NCBI GenBank assembly: GCA_029858505.1
Contig: JAOUEW010000002.1
Coordinates: 104,851 to 168,850 of the forward strand
Length of the DNA stretch: 64,000 nucleotides
Reading direction: 5' to 3'
From: Deltaproteobacteria bacterium
Lineage (GTDB): Bacteria; SAR324; JACQKK01
The notes under the pieces are model-generated. The model worked only from the letters and a program-made list of their open reading frames with translations, was not told where the DNA came from and did not search any database. This document shows positions 47,013 through 55,971 of this stretch, one piece after another. Within the stretch, counting starts at the first letter, position 1. The number at the start of each line of letters is the position of its first letter. The translations under genes were made by a program, and so were the position numbers.

Positions 47013-47732
47013 TCAGGGGTGGGCCGCTGTGGAAAACTCCTCCCAGCCTTTCTTGCGCAGCAGGCAGGCCGGGCAGGCGCCGCAGCCCCGGCCCCAGGGG
47101 TTCATGGCGGCGGTGCCCTGGTAACAGGTGTGGGAAAGTTCCAGCACCAGGTCCAGCACCCCTTCGGCCTGGGCCAGGGCAAACACCTGGGCTTTGTTCA
47201 GGTGCAGCAGGGGGGCCTCGATGGCGATGTCGGTTTCGGCCCCCAGGTTCAGGGCCCGGCCCATGGCCAGCAGAAAAGGTTCCCGGCAGTCGGGGTAGCC
47301 GGAGTAGTCGGTTTGGCTGACCCCCACCACCAGGGATTTGGCCCCCAGGGTTTGAGCCAGGGCATGGGCCAGGGTGATGAACACCGCGTTGCGGTTCGGC
47401 ACGAACGAGGCTGGCAGACCGGGGTGGTCCGGGTGAGCGGTGGCGATGTCTCCGGCGCCGGTGAGGGCCGAATGCACCAGGCTGCCAAAAAAGCCGATAT
47501 CCACTACACGGTGCTGAATCCCCGCCCGTTGGGCGATGAGGGCCGCTTGGGTGAGTTCCACCCCGTGGCGCTGGCCGTAGGCAAAACTTACTGCCTCTAC
47601 CCGGGGGAACCGGTTGAGGGCCCATCCCAGGCAGGCGGTGGAGTCTTGCCCGCCGGAAAACACCACCAGGGCCGGGTCGTGGGGCCGGGTGGGAACCGGG
47701 CTGGTAAAAGAAATGGACGAGGGACGGGTCAT
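47013..47732 (-). CDS. queC: 7-cyano-7-deazaguanine synthase
   Basis: VVFSGGQDST, FAYGQRH..E, FVPNRN, SGYPDCR, CY.G....GCGACPACLLR. Confidence 0.96.
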   Translation of the reverse strand: MTRPSSISFTSPVPTRPHDPALVVFSGGQDSTACLGWALNRFPRVEAVSFAYGQRHGVELTQAALIAQRAGIQHRVVDIGFFGSLVHSALTGAGDIATAHPDHPGLPASFVPNRNAVFITLAHALAQTLGAKSLVVGVSQTDYSGYPDCREPFLLAMGRALNLGAETDIAIEAPLLHLNKAQVFALAQAEGVLDLVLELSHTCYQGTAAMNPWGRGCGACPACLLRKKGWEEFSTAAHP

Positions 47733-47836
47733 GGGTGGCAACGGGTTTGGGGTGATGGTTTGTTCTTAGCACGAACCGCCGGTAAAAGAACCGGTTGGGG
47801 CCAATCGGGGAGTTCCCTCAACAGAAGGGAATCCCC

Positions 47837-49222
47837 TCAGGGGGTTGATTCTTCTCCGTCTCCCAGGTATAGCCGCCGGGTGGCCCAGGGCCCCCAATGA
47901 AACCGGGCGGCCATGGCTGCCGCCATGAACAGGGAATACAACAAGGCTCCCAGCCAAGCCCCCACCAGGCCCGGCTCCATCCGCTCCGCCAGCCACCAGG
48001 CCGAGGGAAAGAACACCGTCAGGTTTCCGAACAGAATGGCCGCCATGGGCAGGCGGGTGTCTCCCGCCCCGTTCAGGGCGTTGCGCAAGATAATGTCGGT
48101 GCCGTCGAACAATTCTAGCGGCCCCAGCCATTTGAACAACACCACGCACAGGGCCACCACCGCGGCGTCTTGAATGAACAGCTGGGCAATGGCTTCTCCC
48201 CAAAAGAACAGGGGCAAACAGGCGGCCCCCAGGTACACCATGCCCAGGCGCCACATTCTCCAAACCGACTGGCGGGCCAGTTCTGGCTGCCCGGCCCCCA
48301 AGAACCGCCCCACGTAAGACGAGGCCGCGATTCCCATGGCCACGGCGGGAAGGAACAGCAGGTGAATCACCGTAAGACCAATGTTGCTGGCCGCCAGAGA
48401 GGCCTGCCCCAGGCGCCCCACGATGGTGAAGAACAGGCTGAAGGACCCCAGCAGCACAAACTCTCCCAGGCCTTGGGGCACCCCCACCTTCAGCAGTTCC
48501 AGAATTTGCCGCCCGTTGGGCCAGGCCAGGGGCCGCAGGGCCAGGGCGGAGCGCAGGGGGCCGGCGTAGGTGAAGCCGATCATCACTGCCGCGGCGATGG
48601 AATTGGCCAGCAACACCCCCAGGGCTCCCCCCCGCACCCCCATGGCGGGCAGCCCCCAATGGCCAAAAATCAGCAGCCAGTTCAGCCCCACGGTCAGCAC
48701 CACCCCCAGCCATTGGATGAGCATGGGGAAGCGGGCGTTTCCCATGGATTGGTAGAGCGCTCCATACAGCACCATTAGCAGGAAGGGGAAGATGTCCCAG
48801 GCCCGGATGGATAGGTAGGCCATGCCCAGGGTGGTGACTTCAGGTCCAAAGTAGCCGATCTGGGCCAACCATGGATACCCGGCCACGCAGGCCAACCCAA
48901 ACGGAATGGAAGCCAGGGCCAGCCAATGGTATTGGGCCAGCACCGGCCCCATTTTTTGGGGGGTGCCTGCCCCCCAAGCCCTGGCCAGAAAGGCGATGGC
49001 GTTTCGCATGATGCCGAGGAACAACACCACCCAGGTGAAAAAAAAGATGGCGGCCGTGCCCACGGCGGCCAATTCCGCGGTTCCCAGGCGGCCCACATAG
49101 GCCGTGGTAATCAGGGTTTCCACCGCCGAGGTCATCATGCCCAACACCAGGGGCAGCGAAAACGAGAAGACCTCCCAATAGGTGGGGGGGGTGGCGGTTT
49201 GGGGGGGGCGGAGGTTGGCCAT
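47837..49222 (-). CDS. MATE-family efflux transporter
   Basis: ~12 TM; LNWLLIFGHWGLPAMGVRGGA, GAGDTR motifs. Confidence 0.92.
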   Translation of the reverse strand: MANLRPPQTATPPTYWEVFSFSLPLVLGMMTSAVETLITTAYVGRLGTAELAAVGTAAIFFFTWVVLFLGIMRNAIAFLARAWGAGTPQKMGPVLAQYHWLALASIPFGLACVAGYPWLAQIGYFGPEVTTLGMAYLSIRAWDIFPFLLMVLYGALYQSMGNARFPMLIQWLGVVLTVGLNWLLIFGHWGLPAMGVRGGALGVLLANSIAAAVMIGFTYAGPLRSALALRPLAWPNGRQILELLKVGVPQGLGEFVLLGSFSLFFTIVGRLGQASLAASNIGLTVIHLLFLPAVAMGIAASSYVGRFLGAGQPELARQSVWRMWRLGMVYLGAACLPLFFWGEAIAQLFIQDAAVVALCVVLFKWLGPLELFDGTDIILRNALNGAGDTRLPMAAILFGNLTVFFPSAWWLAERMEPGLVGAWLGALLYSLFMAAAMAARFHWGPWATRRLYLGDGEESTP

Positions 49223-49314
49223 GGGGGATTTCAGATCCCCCTTTTTCCGGTGGGGAAGTTTCTGTAAGGTGGTAGGAGAAAGACGTTGAACCATTCTAGA
49301 CTGGGAAAGCCTTC

Positions 49315-49983
49315 ATGAGTCAAGCGGCAACCGGCTCCTCCAACCTGTATCCGCCCTTTTACGGGCTGACCGGCGGGATAGGGTCCGGAAAATCCACCGT
49401 GGCGGCCCATTTGGCGGCCAAGGGGGCCGTGGTGCTGGATGGCGACAAGGTGGCCCATCTGGTCATGGCCCCAGGAACGGAGGGGTTGGAGGCCGTGGTG
49501 AACGCCTTTGGCCGGGATATTCTGGGCCCCGATGGGGCTGTTGCCCGGGGGCGGCTGGCCGAACTGGTGTTTTCCAACCGCCACATGTTGAAAAAACTGA
49601 CGGCCATTACCCATCCCCTGATCGCCGAATACGTATCCGACGAAGTTCGGAAGATTCGGGAGGGGAACCCCAAGCCCCCCCTGGTGGTGTTCGAGGCCGC
49701 CGTGCTGCTGGAATCTGGGTGGAATGTCTGGTGCGACCAAGTGTGGACGGTCAGCGTGGAACCCAGGTTAGCCGTGGAGCGGATGATTCAATCTGGCAGG
49801 CTGAGCCACGAACAAGTCACCGCCCGCATGCAGTTTCAATTTTCCAACGCGGAACGGGAGCAAAAGTCTCATCAGGTCATCCGCAACAACGGGGACCTGC
49901 CTTCGCTGCTGGCCCAGGTAGACGCTCTTTGGCGGTCTTTCTTGGAAAAACATCCTCCGCCCTCTTCTTTGGCTCATTCTTGA
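49315..49983 (+). CDS. coaE: Dephospho-CoA kinase
   Basis: GLTGGIGSGKST, D.D..AH, ITHPLI, EAAVLLE, RM..Q. Confidence 0.95.
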   Translation: MSQAATGSSNLYPPFYGLTGGIGSGKSTVAAHLAAKGAVVLDGDKVAHLVMAPGTEGLEAVVNAFGRDILGPDGAVARGRLAELVFSNRHMLKKLTAITHPLIAEYVSDEVRKIREGNPKPPLVVFEAAVLLESGWNVWCDQVWTVSVEPRLAVERMIQSGRLSHEQVTARMQFQFSNAEREQKSHQVIRNNGDLPSLLAQVDALWRSFLEKHPPPSSLAHS

Positions 49984-51131
49984 TGATTCCCATTTCTTCC
50001 CGGTTAAACGACGTCACCCCGTTTCAGGCCATGGAGATTTTTCAACTGGCCGGGCGGCTGGAGGCCCAGGGGCGGCACATCGTTCACATGGAATTCGGCG
50101 AGCCGGATTTTGATACCCCCCAGGTGGTCCGCCAAGCCGCCGCCACGGCCATTTCCGGCGGCCGCACCCATTACACCCACAGCCTGGGGCTGCCAGAATT
50201 TCGGCAAGAAATTTCTGACTATTACCAGAAGCGCTATGGGGTGAAGGTAGACCCCGGCCAGGTGCTGGTGTCTCAGGGCACCAGCATTTTAACGCAGTTG
50301 GTGTTGTTGCTGCTGGTGGAACCGGGGGACGAGGTGATCCTCACCGACCCGGCCTATGCCTGTTATGCCAACTATGTGCGGATTGCCGGGGGAACCCCGG
50401 TGTTTGTCAGGCTGCGGGAGGAAGACGGCTTTCAGGTGGACCCGGCGGCGGTTCGCCGGGCGGTGACCCCCCGCACCCGGGCGGTGATGATCTGCTCTCC
50501 GGCCAACCCCACTGGCAGCGTGCTGGAGCCCGCCGTGCTGAAGGAACTGGGTCAGCTGGAGATTCCCATTCTGTCCGATGAAATTTACCACGGCCTGACC
50601 TACGAGGGAGAGGAGCACACCATGCTGGCGTATTCTCCCCGGGCGTTTGTGTTGAACGGATTCTCCAAGTATTTTGCCATGACCGGTTGGCGGCTGGGGT
50701 ATATGATTTTCCCCCAAGAAGTAACCGGCCCCCTGATGCGCCTGCACCAGAACATCATGATCTCCGCCGCCGAACCGGCTCAACTGGCGGGTCTGGCGGC
50801 GTTGCGCCACGCCCTGCCCCAGTGCGAGGCGTTCAAAGAGGAATACGCCCGGCGCCGGGCCTTCATGCTGGGCCGCCTGGGGGAAATCGGCCTGCCCCTC
50901 CATTACACCCCGCGGGGGGCTTTTTACGCGTTTGTGAATGCCCGGCGCCTGGGAGAAAATTCCCTGGAATTGGCCAAGCGAATATTGGTGGAGGCGGGGG
51001 TGGCGTTGACGCCGGGCATTGACTTTGGGCCGGGGGGCGAAGGCTACCTGCGGCTGAGTTACGCCAATTCCATGGAGAACCTGGCGGAAGGATTAAACCG
51101 GTTGGAAACCTTTGTGAAAGACCATGGCTGA
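49983..51131 (+). CDS. PLP-dependent aminotransferase class I/II
   Basis: GEPDF, SPANPTG, SDEIY, NGFSKYFAMTGWRLG; TGATG overlap with coaE. Confidence 0.92.
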   Translation: MIPISSRLNDVTPFQAMEIFQLAGRLEAQGRHIVHMEFGEPDFDTPQVVRQAAATAISGGRTHYTHSLGLPEFRQEISDYYQKRYGVKVDPGQVLVSQGTSILTQLVLLLLVEPGDEVILTDPAYACYANYVRIAGGTPVFVRLREEDGFQVDPAAVRRAVTPRTRAVMICSPANPTGSVLEPAVLKELGQLEIPILSDEIYHGLTYEGEEHTMLAYSPRAFVLNGFSKYFAMTGWRLGYMIFPQEVTGPLMRLHQNIMISAAEPAQLAGLAALRHALPQCEAFKEEYARRRAFMLGRLGEIGLPLHYTPRGAFYAFVNARRLGENSLELAKRILVEAGVALTPGIDFGPGGEGYLRLSYANSMENLAEGLNRLETFVKDHG

Positions 51132-52986
51132 AACCGCGCACAGAGAACATTTTCCGGGCTTGCTGGCTTGGCGCCGCCGCCCCACCCGGCAGGTGATGGT
51201 GGGAACGGTGGGGGTGGGGGGGAGCAATCCCATTCGGGTACAGTCGATGCTAACCTGCCCCACCCACAACGTGGAAGCGGTGCTGGCCGAGATGGCTTTG
51301 TTGCAGGGGGCCGGCTGCGAAATCGTGCGGGTGACGGTGCCCACCCAAAAGGACCTGGATGCCCTGCCCGCCATCCGCCAGGGCATGGCCAGCCGGGGTA
51401 TCGTCATGCCCCTGGTGGCCGACATCCACTTTAACCCCCGCCTGGCCGAGGAATGCGTGCCGTTTGTAGACAAGGTGCGTATTAACCCAGGAAATTTTGC
51501 GGATCAAAAAAAGTTTTCCCAGCGGGAATACACCCAAGCCCAATACGAGGAAGAACTGGCCCGGGTGGAGGAAACCCTGGTGCCCCTCATCCGTCGGTTG
51601 AAGCACCATGGGAAGGCCCTGCGGGTGGGGGTGAACCATGGGTCCCTGTCCGATCGGGTGATCAACCGCCATGGAGATTCTCCCCAGGGCATGGTAGAGG
51701 CCGCCATGGAATACCTGCGGATTCTCTCTCGGCATGGCTATCACGATATTCTCTTGTCCATGAAGTCCTCCAACCCGCTGGTCATGATTCAGGCTTACCG
51801 GCGGCTGGCCCTGGCCCTGGCGGCGGAGGGGATGGACTATCCCCTGCACCTGGGGGTGACCGAGGCGGGAGACGGCTGGGAGGGCATTCTCAAGTCAGCG
51901 GCGGGCATTGGGGCCCTGCTGGCCGATGGTTTGGGCGATACCATCCGGGTGTCTCTCACGGGCCCCGCGGTGGAGGAGATCCCAGCGGCCCAGGCCCTGC
52001 TGGCCGGGTTGGAGGCCCTGAAGGGGGCACCCGCTTGGCCAGAACACAACCTGCCGGTTCCCCTCACCTACGCCCGCCGGGCCACCCGCCGGGTGATGGC
52101 GGGCGATACCCCGGTGGGGGCGGGCCGCCCGGCGGCCCTGCTGGCCCTGGGGGGAACAACCAAAGACAAAACCCCTCCGCTGGGTTTCGATGGGCGGATT
52201 CTCCCGGCACCTCCCGATGACCTGGGGAATGTTTCCCCAGTGGCCCTGCATGTGGCGGCGGGTTCTTTGGGCGGGGGAAAGAGTTTTCTCAAGCAGCGAC
52301 CGGTGGTGATGGTTCAGGAAGACCACATCGACCATTCCTCCCTGGTGGAGTTGCTGGACATGGCCCAGGCTTTGGCGGGCGGTGAGGGTGAGGGAGACCC
52401 CTCGTTGCTGGCGGTGAAGGGGGCCAACCCCCTGTATGCCCTGCGAAGGCTGGCCCAGCACATGGCCGCCCGGGGGCTGGAATGGCCCCTGGCCGTGGCG
52501 GCCAGCGAAGCGGTATTCGCGGGAGACAGCGCCCTGCTGAATTTCGCGGGGCAGTTGGGGGCCCTGACCGCAGATGGCCTGCTCGATGCCTTGATTCTGC
52601 CGGTGGAGGGTCTGCCCGCGGACCAGGACCCGGCCCGGTTTGGCCAGATTTTGCTGCAAGCGACCCGCCTGCGCGCCTATGCCGCCGAGTTTATCTCTTG
52701 TCCGTCTTGCGGGCGCACGTTGTTCGACTTGCCAACCACCACGGCCCGGGTGAAAGCCCGTACCCGCCACCTAACCGGGGTGCGCATTGCCGTGATGGGG
52801 TGCGTGGTGAACGGCCCGGGAGAAATGGCCGACGCGGATTTTGGGTATGTGGGGGGGGCTCCCGGCAAGGTGAATTTGTATCGGGGGAAAGAATGCGTGG
52901 AGCGGGGGGTGGCCGAAGATCAAGCCGTGGAACGGCTGGTGGCCTTGATCAAACAGGATGGGCGCTGGACGGAACCTACCCCCTAG
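51124..52986 (+). CDS. ispG: HMBPP synthase IspG, long form with inserted A* domain
   Basis: VQSM, ADIHF, RINPGN, GVNHGSLS, PLHLGVTEAG, GDTIRVSL, SCPSCGRT, IAVMGCVVNGPGE; ~250-aa insertion. Confidence 0.96.
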   Translation: MAETAHREHFPGLLAWRRRPTRQVMVGTVGVGGSNPIRVQSMLTCPTHNVEAVLAEMALLQGAGCEIVRVTVPTQKDLDALPAIRQGMASRGIVMPLVADIHFNPRLAEECVPFVDKVRINPGNFADQKKFSQREYTQAQYEEELARVEETLVPLIRRLKHHGKALRVGVNHGSLSDRVINRHGDSPQGMVEAAMEYLRILSRHGYHDILLSMKSSNPLVMIQAYRRLALALAAEGMDYPLHLGVTEAGDGWEGILKSAAGIGALLADGLGDTIRVSLTGPAVEEIPAAQALLAGLEALKGAPAWPEHNLPVPLTYARRATRRVMAGDTPVGAGRPAALLALGGTTKDKTPPLGFDGRILPAPPDDLGNVSPVALHVAAGSLGGGKSFLKQRPVVMVQEDHIDHSSLVELLDMAQALAGGEGEGDPSLLAVKGANPLYALRRLAQHMAARGLEWPLAVAASEAVFAGDSALLNFAGQLGALTADGLLDALILPVEGLPADQDPARFGQILLQATRLRAYAAEFISCPSCGRTLFDLPTTTARVKARTRHLTGVRIAVMGCVVNGPGEMADADFGYVGGAPGKVNLYRGKECVERGVAEDQAVERLVALIKQDGRWTEPTP

Positions 52987-52991
52987 GCTGG

Positions 52992-53636
52992 TTAGGGCTT
53001 CTTCCAGATGTCTGCTTCGGCTTCGGCCAGGAACACTTTTGCCGTGTTTTCTTCCGCGTCTAAAAATTCATTCCGCCCCAAAAACAAGTCTTGGAATGAA
53101 TACACATACCATTTGGTAAAAAACACAAGTACCAGATTGCAGCTTTCACCATAAATCATGGTGTACTTGTAGGTTCTGATCGGTTTTCCGTCTTTGTATA
53201 CCTGATAGGTGACGGGGATGTTTGCTCGATATTCAGAACCCCACAGACCACCGGTGAGCGCGCAGGGGAACAAGGCACGGCCTTTTCGCACGGTGCGGGT
53301 GTCGGTCACGGCCACCACATGCCAGCCGGAGGGGGGGATATGATCCATGGGGTGAATGGCGGGGGTTCCCGTTTGGCGGGCAAACAGGCGGCTGAACCGT
53401 TCTATTCGACCCCGTCGGCGTTCTGGCGGCACCGGATAGGGGCTTTTTTCTTGAACGTCAAACGTGAAAGAAGGAGGGGTAGTATGGGGTTGGTTCATGG
53501 CCCCATGAAAGTCTTCCGGGGCCATGACGCCATACTCATACACGCAGCCTTGCGCGGATAGACAAACTCCCAATCCTGCTCCCAGCCATCCAGTTTTAGT
53601 CAGAAATTTTATTGCGCGCGGGGCAAAACGAATCAT
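52992..53636 (-). CDS. Hypothetical lipoprotein
   Basis: Signal with AQGC lipobox-like site; internal hydrophobic CPALTGG-like segment; start at MIRFA. Confidence 0.6.
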   Translation of the reverse strand: MIRFAPRAIKFLTKTGWLGAGLGVCLSAQGCVYEYGVMAPEDFHGAMNQPHTTPPSFTFDVQEKSPYPVPPERRRGRIERFSRLFARQTGTPAIHPMDHIPPSGWHVVAVTDTRTVRKGRALFPCALTGGLWGSEYRANIPVTYQVYKDGKPIRTYKYTMIYGESCNLVLVFFTKWYVYSFQDLFLGRNEFLDAEENTAKVFLAEAEADIWKKP

Positions 53637-53842
53637 GGTGGTTGGGAGATTGAGAAAGTATGGGAGATGGAGGGAGAATAATGGGAAAAAAGAGAGAGAA
53701 ATAAGAAAGAGAGAAAAAAGAAACACAGGGAAAAGAAAAAACCAGTGAAGAAATCTTATAGAGAAAAAACAGGGATCTAAAATCTGCCATTAGAAACGTA
53801 CCACGAGAGTCTTATGTTTGTCACATTCCAGCGAGTGTTGCC

Positions 53843-55048
53843 ATGACCCAATCCTCCGTTTCGTTGGTATCCGATGCCGTGGCCCAAAGCATGGGGGCCT
53901 CCTCCGCCATTCGAAAAATGTTCGAGGAAGGGGCCAGGCTGCGGGCCCAGTTCGGGGCGGAGGCGGTGTGCGATTTCTCTCTGGGCAACCCGCTGCTGGA
54001 GCCGCCAGAGGTGTTTCACCAAGCCGTGGCCGACCTGATGGCCCATCCCCAGCCCGGCATGCACCGTTACCCCCCCAACGCTGGCCTGCCAGAAACCCGG
54101 GCCTACATCGCCCAAAAACTGTCGTCCGACAGCGGCTTGGCGTTCACGGCTGATCAGGTGTTGATGACGGTGGGGGCCGGAGGGGGCCTCAACGTGGTGT
54201 TCAAGGCCCTGCTGAACCCCGGCGATGAGGTGCTGGCCCTGACCCCCTACTTTGTGGAGTATGATTTTTACGTGGGGAACCATGGGGGGCGGTTGGTGCG
54301 GGTGCCCACGGGAGAAGGTTTCTTGCCAGATATAGAAGCCCTGGAGCGGGCCTTGACCCCCCGCACCAGGGCCTTGATCGTGAACACTCCCAACAACCCC
54401 ACCGGGGTGGTGTATGGGGCAGACACCTTGAAGTCCCTGGGGGCATGGCTAGGCCGGGCCGAAGCCAAAACCGGGCGGCCCCTGCTGCTGATTTCGGATG
54501 AGCCCTATCGCAAGTTATTGTTTGACGGCGTGGAGAGCCCCAGCGTGTTCCCCGCCCATCCCCACACCGTGGTGGTGACCAGCCACAGCAAAGACCTGGG
54601 CCTGGCCGGAGAGCGCATTGGCTACGCGGCGGTGTCTCCCCGCATGGCCGATGGAGCGGGGTTTTTCAACGCCATGGTGTTGGCCAACCGAATTTTGGGG
54701 TTTGTGAACGCCCCGGTGCTGATGCAGCGGGTGCTGCCCCGGCTGGGGGAAGCCACCGTAGACATGGGCCGCTACCAGCGCCTGCGGGATATGTTGTATG
54801 AACCCCTTTCCCAAATGGGCTATCAAATGGTGAAACCCCAGGGGGCGTTCTATGTGTTTCCCCGCACCCCAGGGGGAGACGATGCCCGGTTTATCGAGGC
54901 CGCCAGGGCGGAGAAGCTGCTGGTGGTGCCAGGGGGCGGGTTTGGGTGTCCGGGGTACTTTCGGGCGGCTTTCTGCGTGGAGGAGCAGGTCATTCCCCGG
55001 GCGCTGCCCCGGTTTGAGAAGTTGATTCAAACCTTCGGCCGGGGCTGA
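53843..55048 (+). CDS. Aspartate aminotransferase-like (class I/II)
   Basis: DFSLGNP, NTPNNPTG, SDEPY, SHSKDLGLAGERIG. Confidence 0.92.
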   Translation: MTQSSVSLVSDAVAQSMGASSAIRKMFEEGARLRAQFGAEAVCDFSLGNPLLEPPEVFHQAVADLMAHPQPGMHRYPPNAGLPETRAYIAQKLSSDSGLAFTADQVLMTVGAGGGLNVVFKALLNPGDEVLALTPYFVEYDFYVGNHGGRLVRVPTGEGFLPDIEALERALTPRTRALIVNTPNNPTGVVYGADTLKSLGAWLGRAEAKTGRPLLLISDEPYRKLLFDGVESPSVFPAHPHTVVVTSHSKDLGLAGERIGYAAVSPRMADGAGFFNAMVLANRILGFVNAPVLMQRVLPRLGEATVDMGRYQRLRDMLYEPLSQMGYQMVKPQGAFYVFPRTPGGDDARFIEAARAEKLLVVPGGGFGCPGYFRAAFCVEEQVIPRALPRFEKLIQTFGRG

Positions 55049-55051
55049 GCC

Positions 55052-55483
55052 ATGCCTCAAACCTTGTTTCAACTGGATGCCAGGTTGGCGGAGGAGTCGG
55101 TGTTGGCGGCGGAACTGCCACTGTGCTTGGCCCTGCTGCGGAACGACCGCGCTTACCCCTGGCTGGTGCTGGTTCCCCGGCGGGCGGGGGCGCGGGAGCT
55201 GCACGACCTGTCCTCGGCCGACCAAGCCTTGCTGATGGGGGAGGTGACCCTGGCCGGGCGGGTGCTGGCCGGGCTGTTTGCTCCGGATAAAATCAATACT
55301 GGTGCCCTGGGGAACATTGTGCCCCAGCTGCATGTGCACGTGGTGGCCCGCACCACAGGGGACCCGGCTTGGCCCGGCCCGGTGTGGGGCCACGCCCCAC
55401 GGCAGCCCTATGGCCCGGAAGAATTGGAACAGCGCAGAGCGAACATTGGACAAGCCCTGCGCCAAGGAATGGAAGAGAAGTGA
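55052..55483 (+). CDS. HIT-family hydrolase
   Basis: PWLVLVPRR, KINTGALGNIVPQLHVHVVAR, DPAWPGPVWG. Confidence 0.9.
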   Translation: MPQTLFQLDARLAEESVLAAELPLCLALLRNDRAYPWLVLVPRRAGARELHDLSSADQALLMGEVTLAGRVLAGLFAPDKINTGALGNIVPQLHVHVVARTTGDPAWPGPVWGHAPRQPYGPEELEQRRANIGQALRQGMEEK

Positions 55484-55549
55484 ATAAATGGAAGAAGGGA
55501 AGCAGGGCAAAAGAGAGAGGAAAGAATGAGACGCCGGAAAGAATTGCTT

Positions 55550-55930
55550 TTATGTTCGTTGGGCTTTCCGCCAAGCCCACAGGGCCGCGATCAACGTGGC
55601 CACGAAGCCCCCCAACACATCCATGGCCCAATCCTTCCAGTCCGCGCTGCGATAGGGAATGTAAATCTGGCTTAGCTCATCCAACCCCCCGAACAGGGCG
55701 ATGGCCCCGAATCCCAACCCCATCCGCCAAGGGGTAACCACCCGAAACCCACGGCTGGCCACCCCATGATAAAGCACGCCCAGCAGGGCGAACAAGACCA
55801 GATGGCCTAATTTGTCCAGGTTATGGCGAAAGAAGTGGGAAGGCATCCTCACCAAAGAGAAGGTGAGGATCATTCCGCTGAGGAGCAGCGCCGCCCAAAG
55901 GAACCGGCGTGAAGACGCGTGTAGAGCCAA
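55550..55930 (-). CDS. VanZ-family membrane protein
   Basis: DKLGH...FALLG, DELSQIYIPYRSADWKDWAMD; start uncertain (TTG 55930 or ATG 55873). Confidence 0.75.
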   Translation of the reverse strand: MALHASSRRFLWAALLLSGMILTFSLVRMPSHFFRHNLDKLGHLVLFALLGVLYHGVASRGFRVVTPWRMGLGFGAIALFGGLDELSQIYIPYRSADWKDWAMDVLGGFVATLIAALWAWRKAQRT

Positions 55931-55971
55931 ACAAAGCCTGGTTGAGGTTGAACAGCCAAACCGCCGGGGGA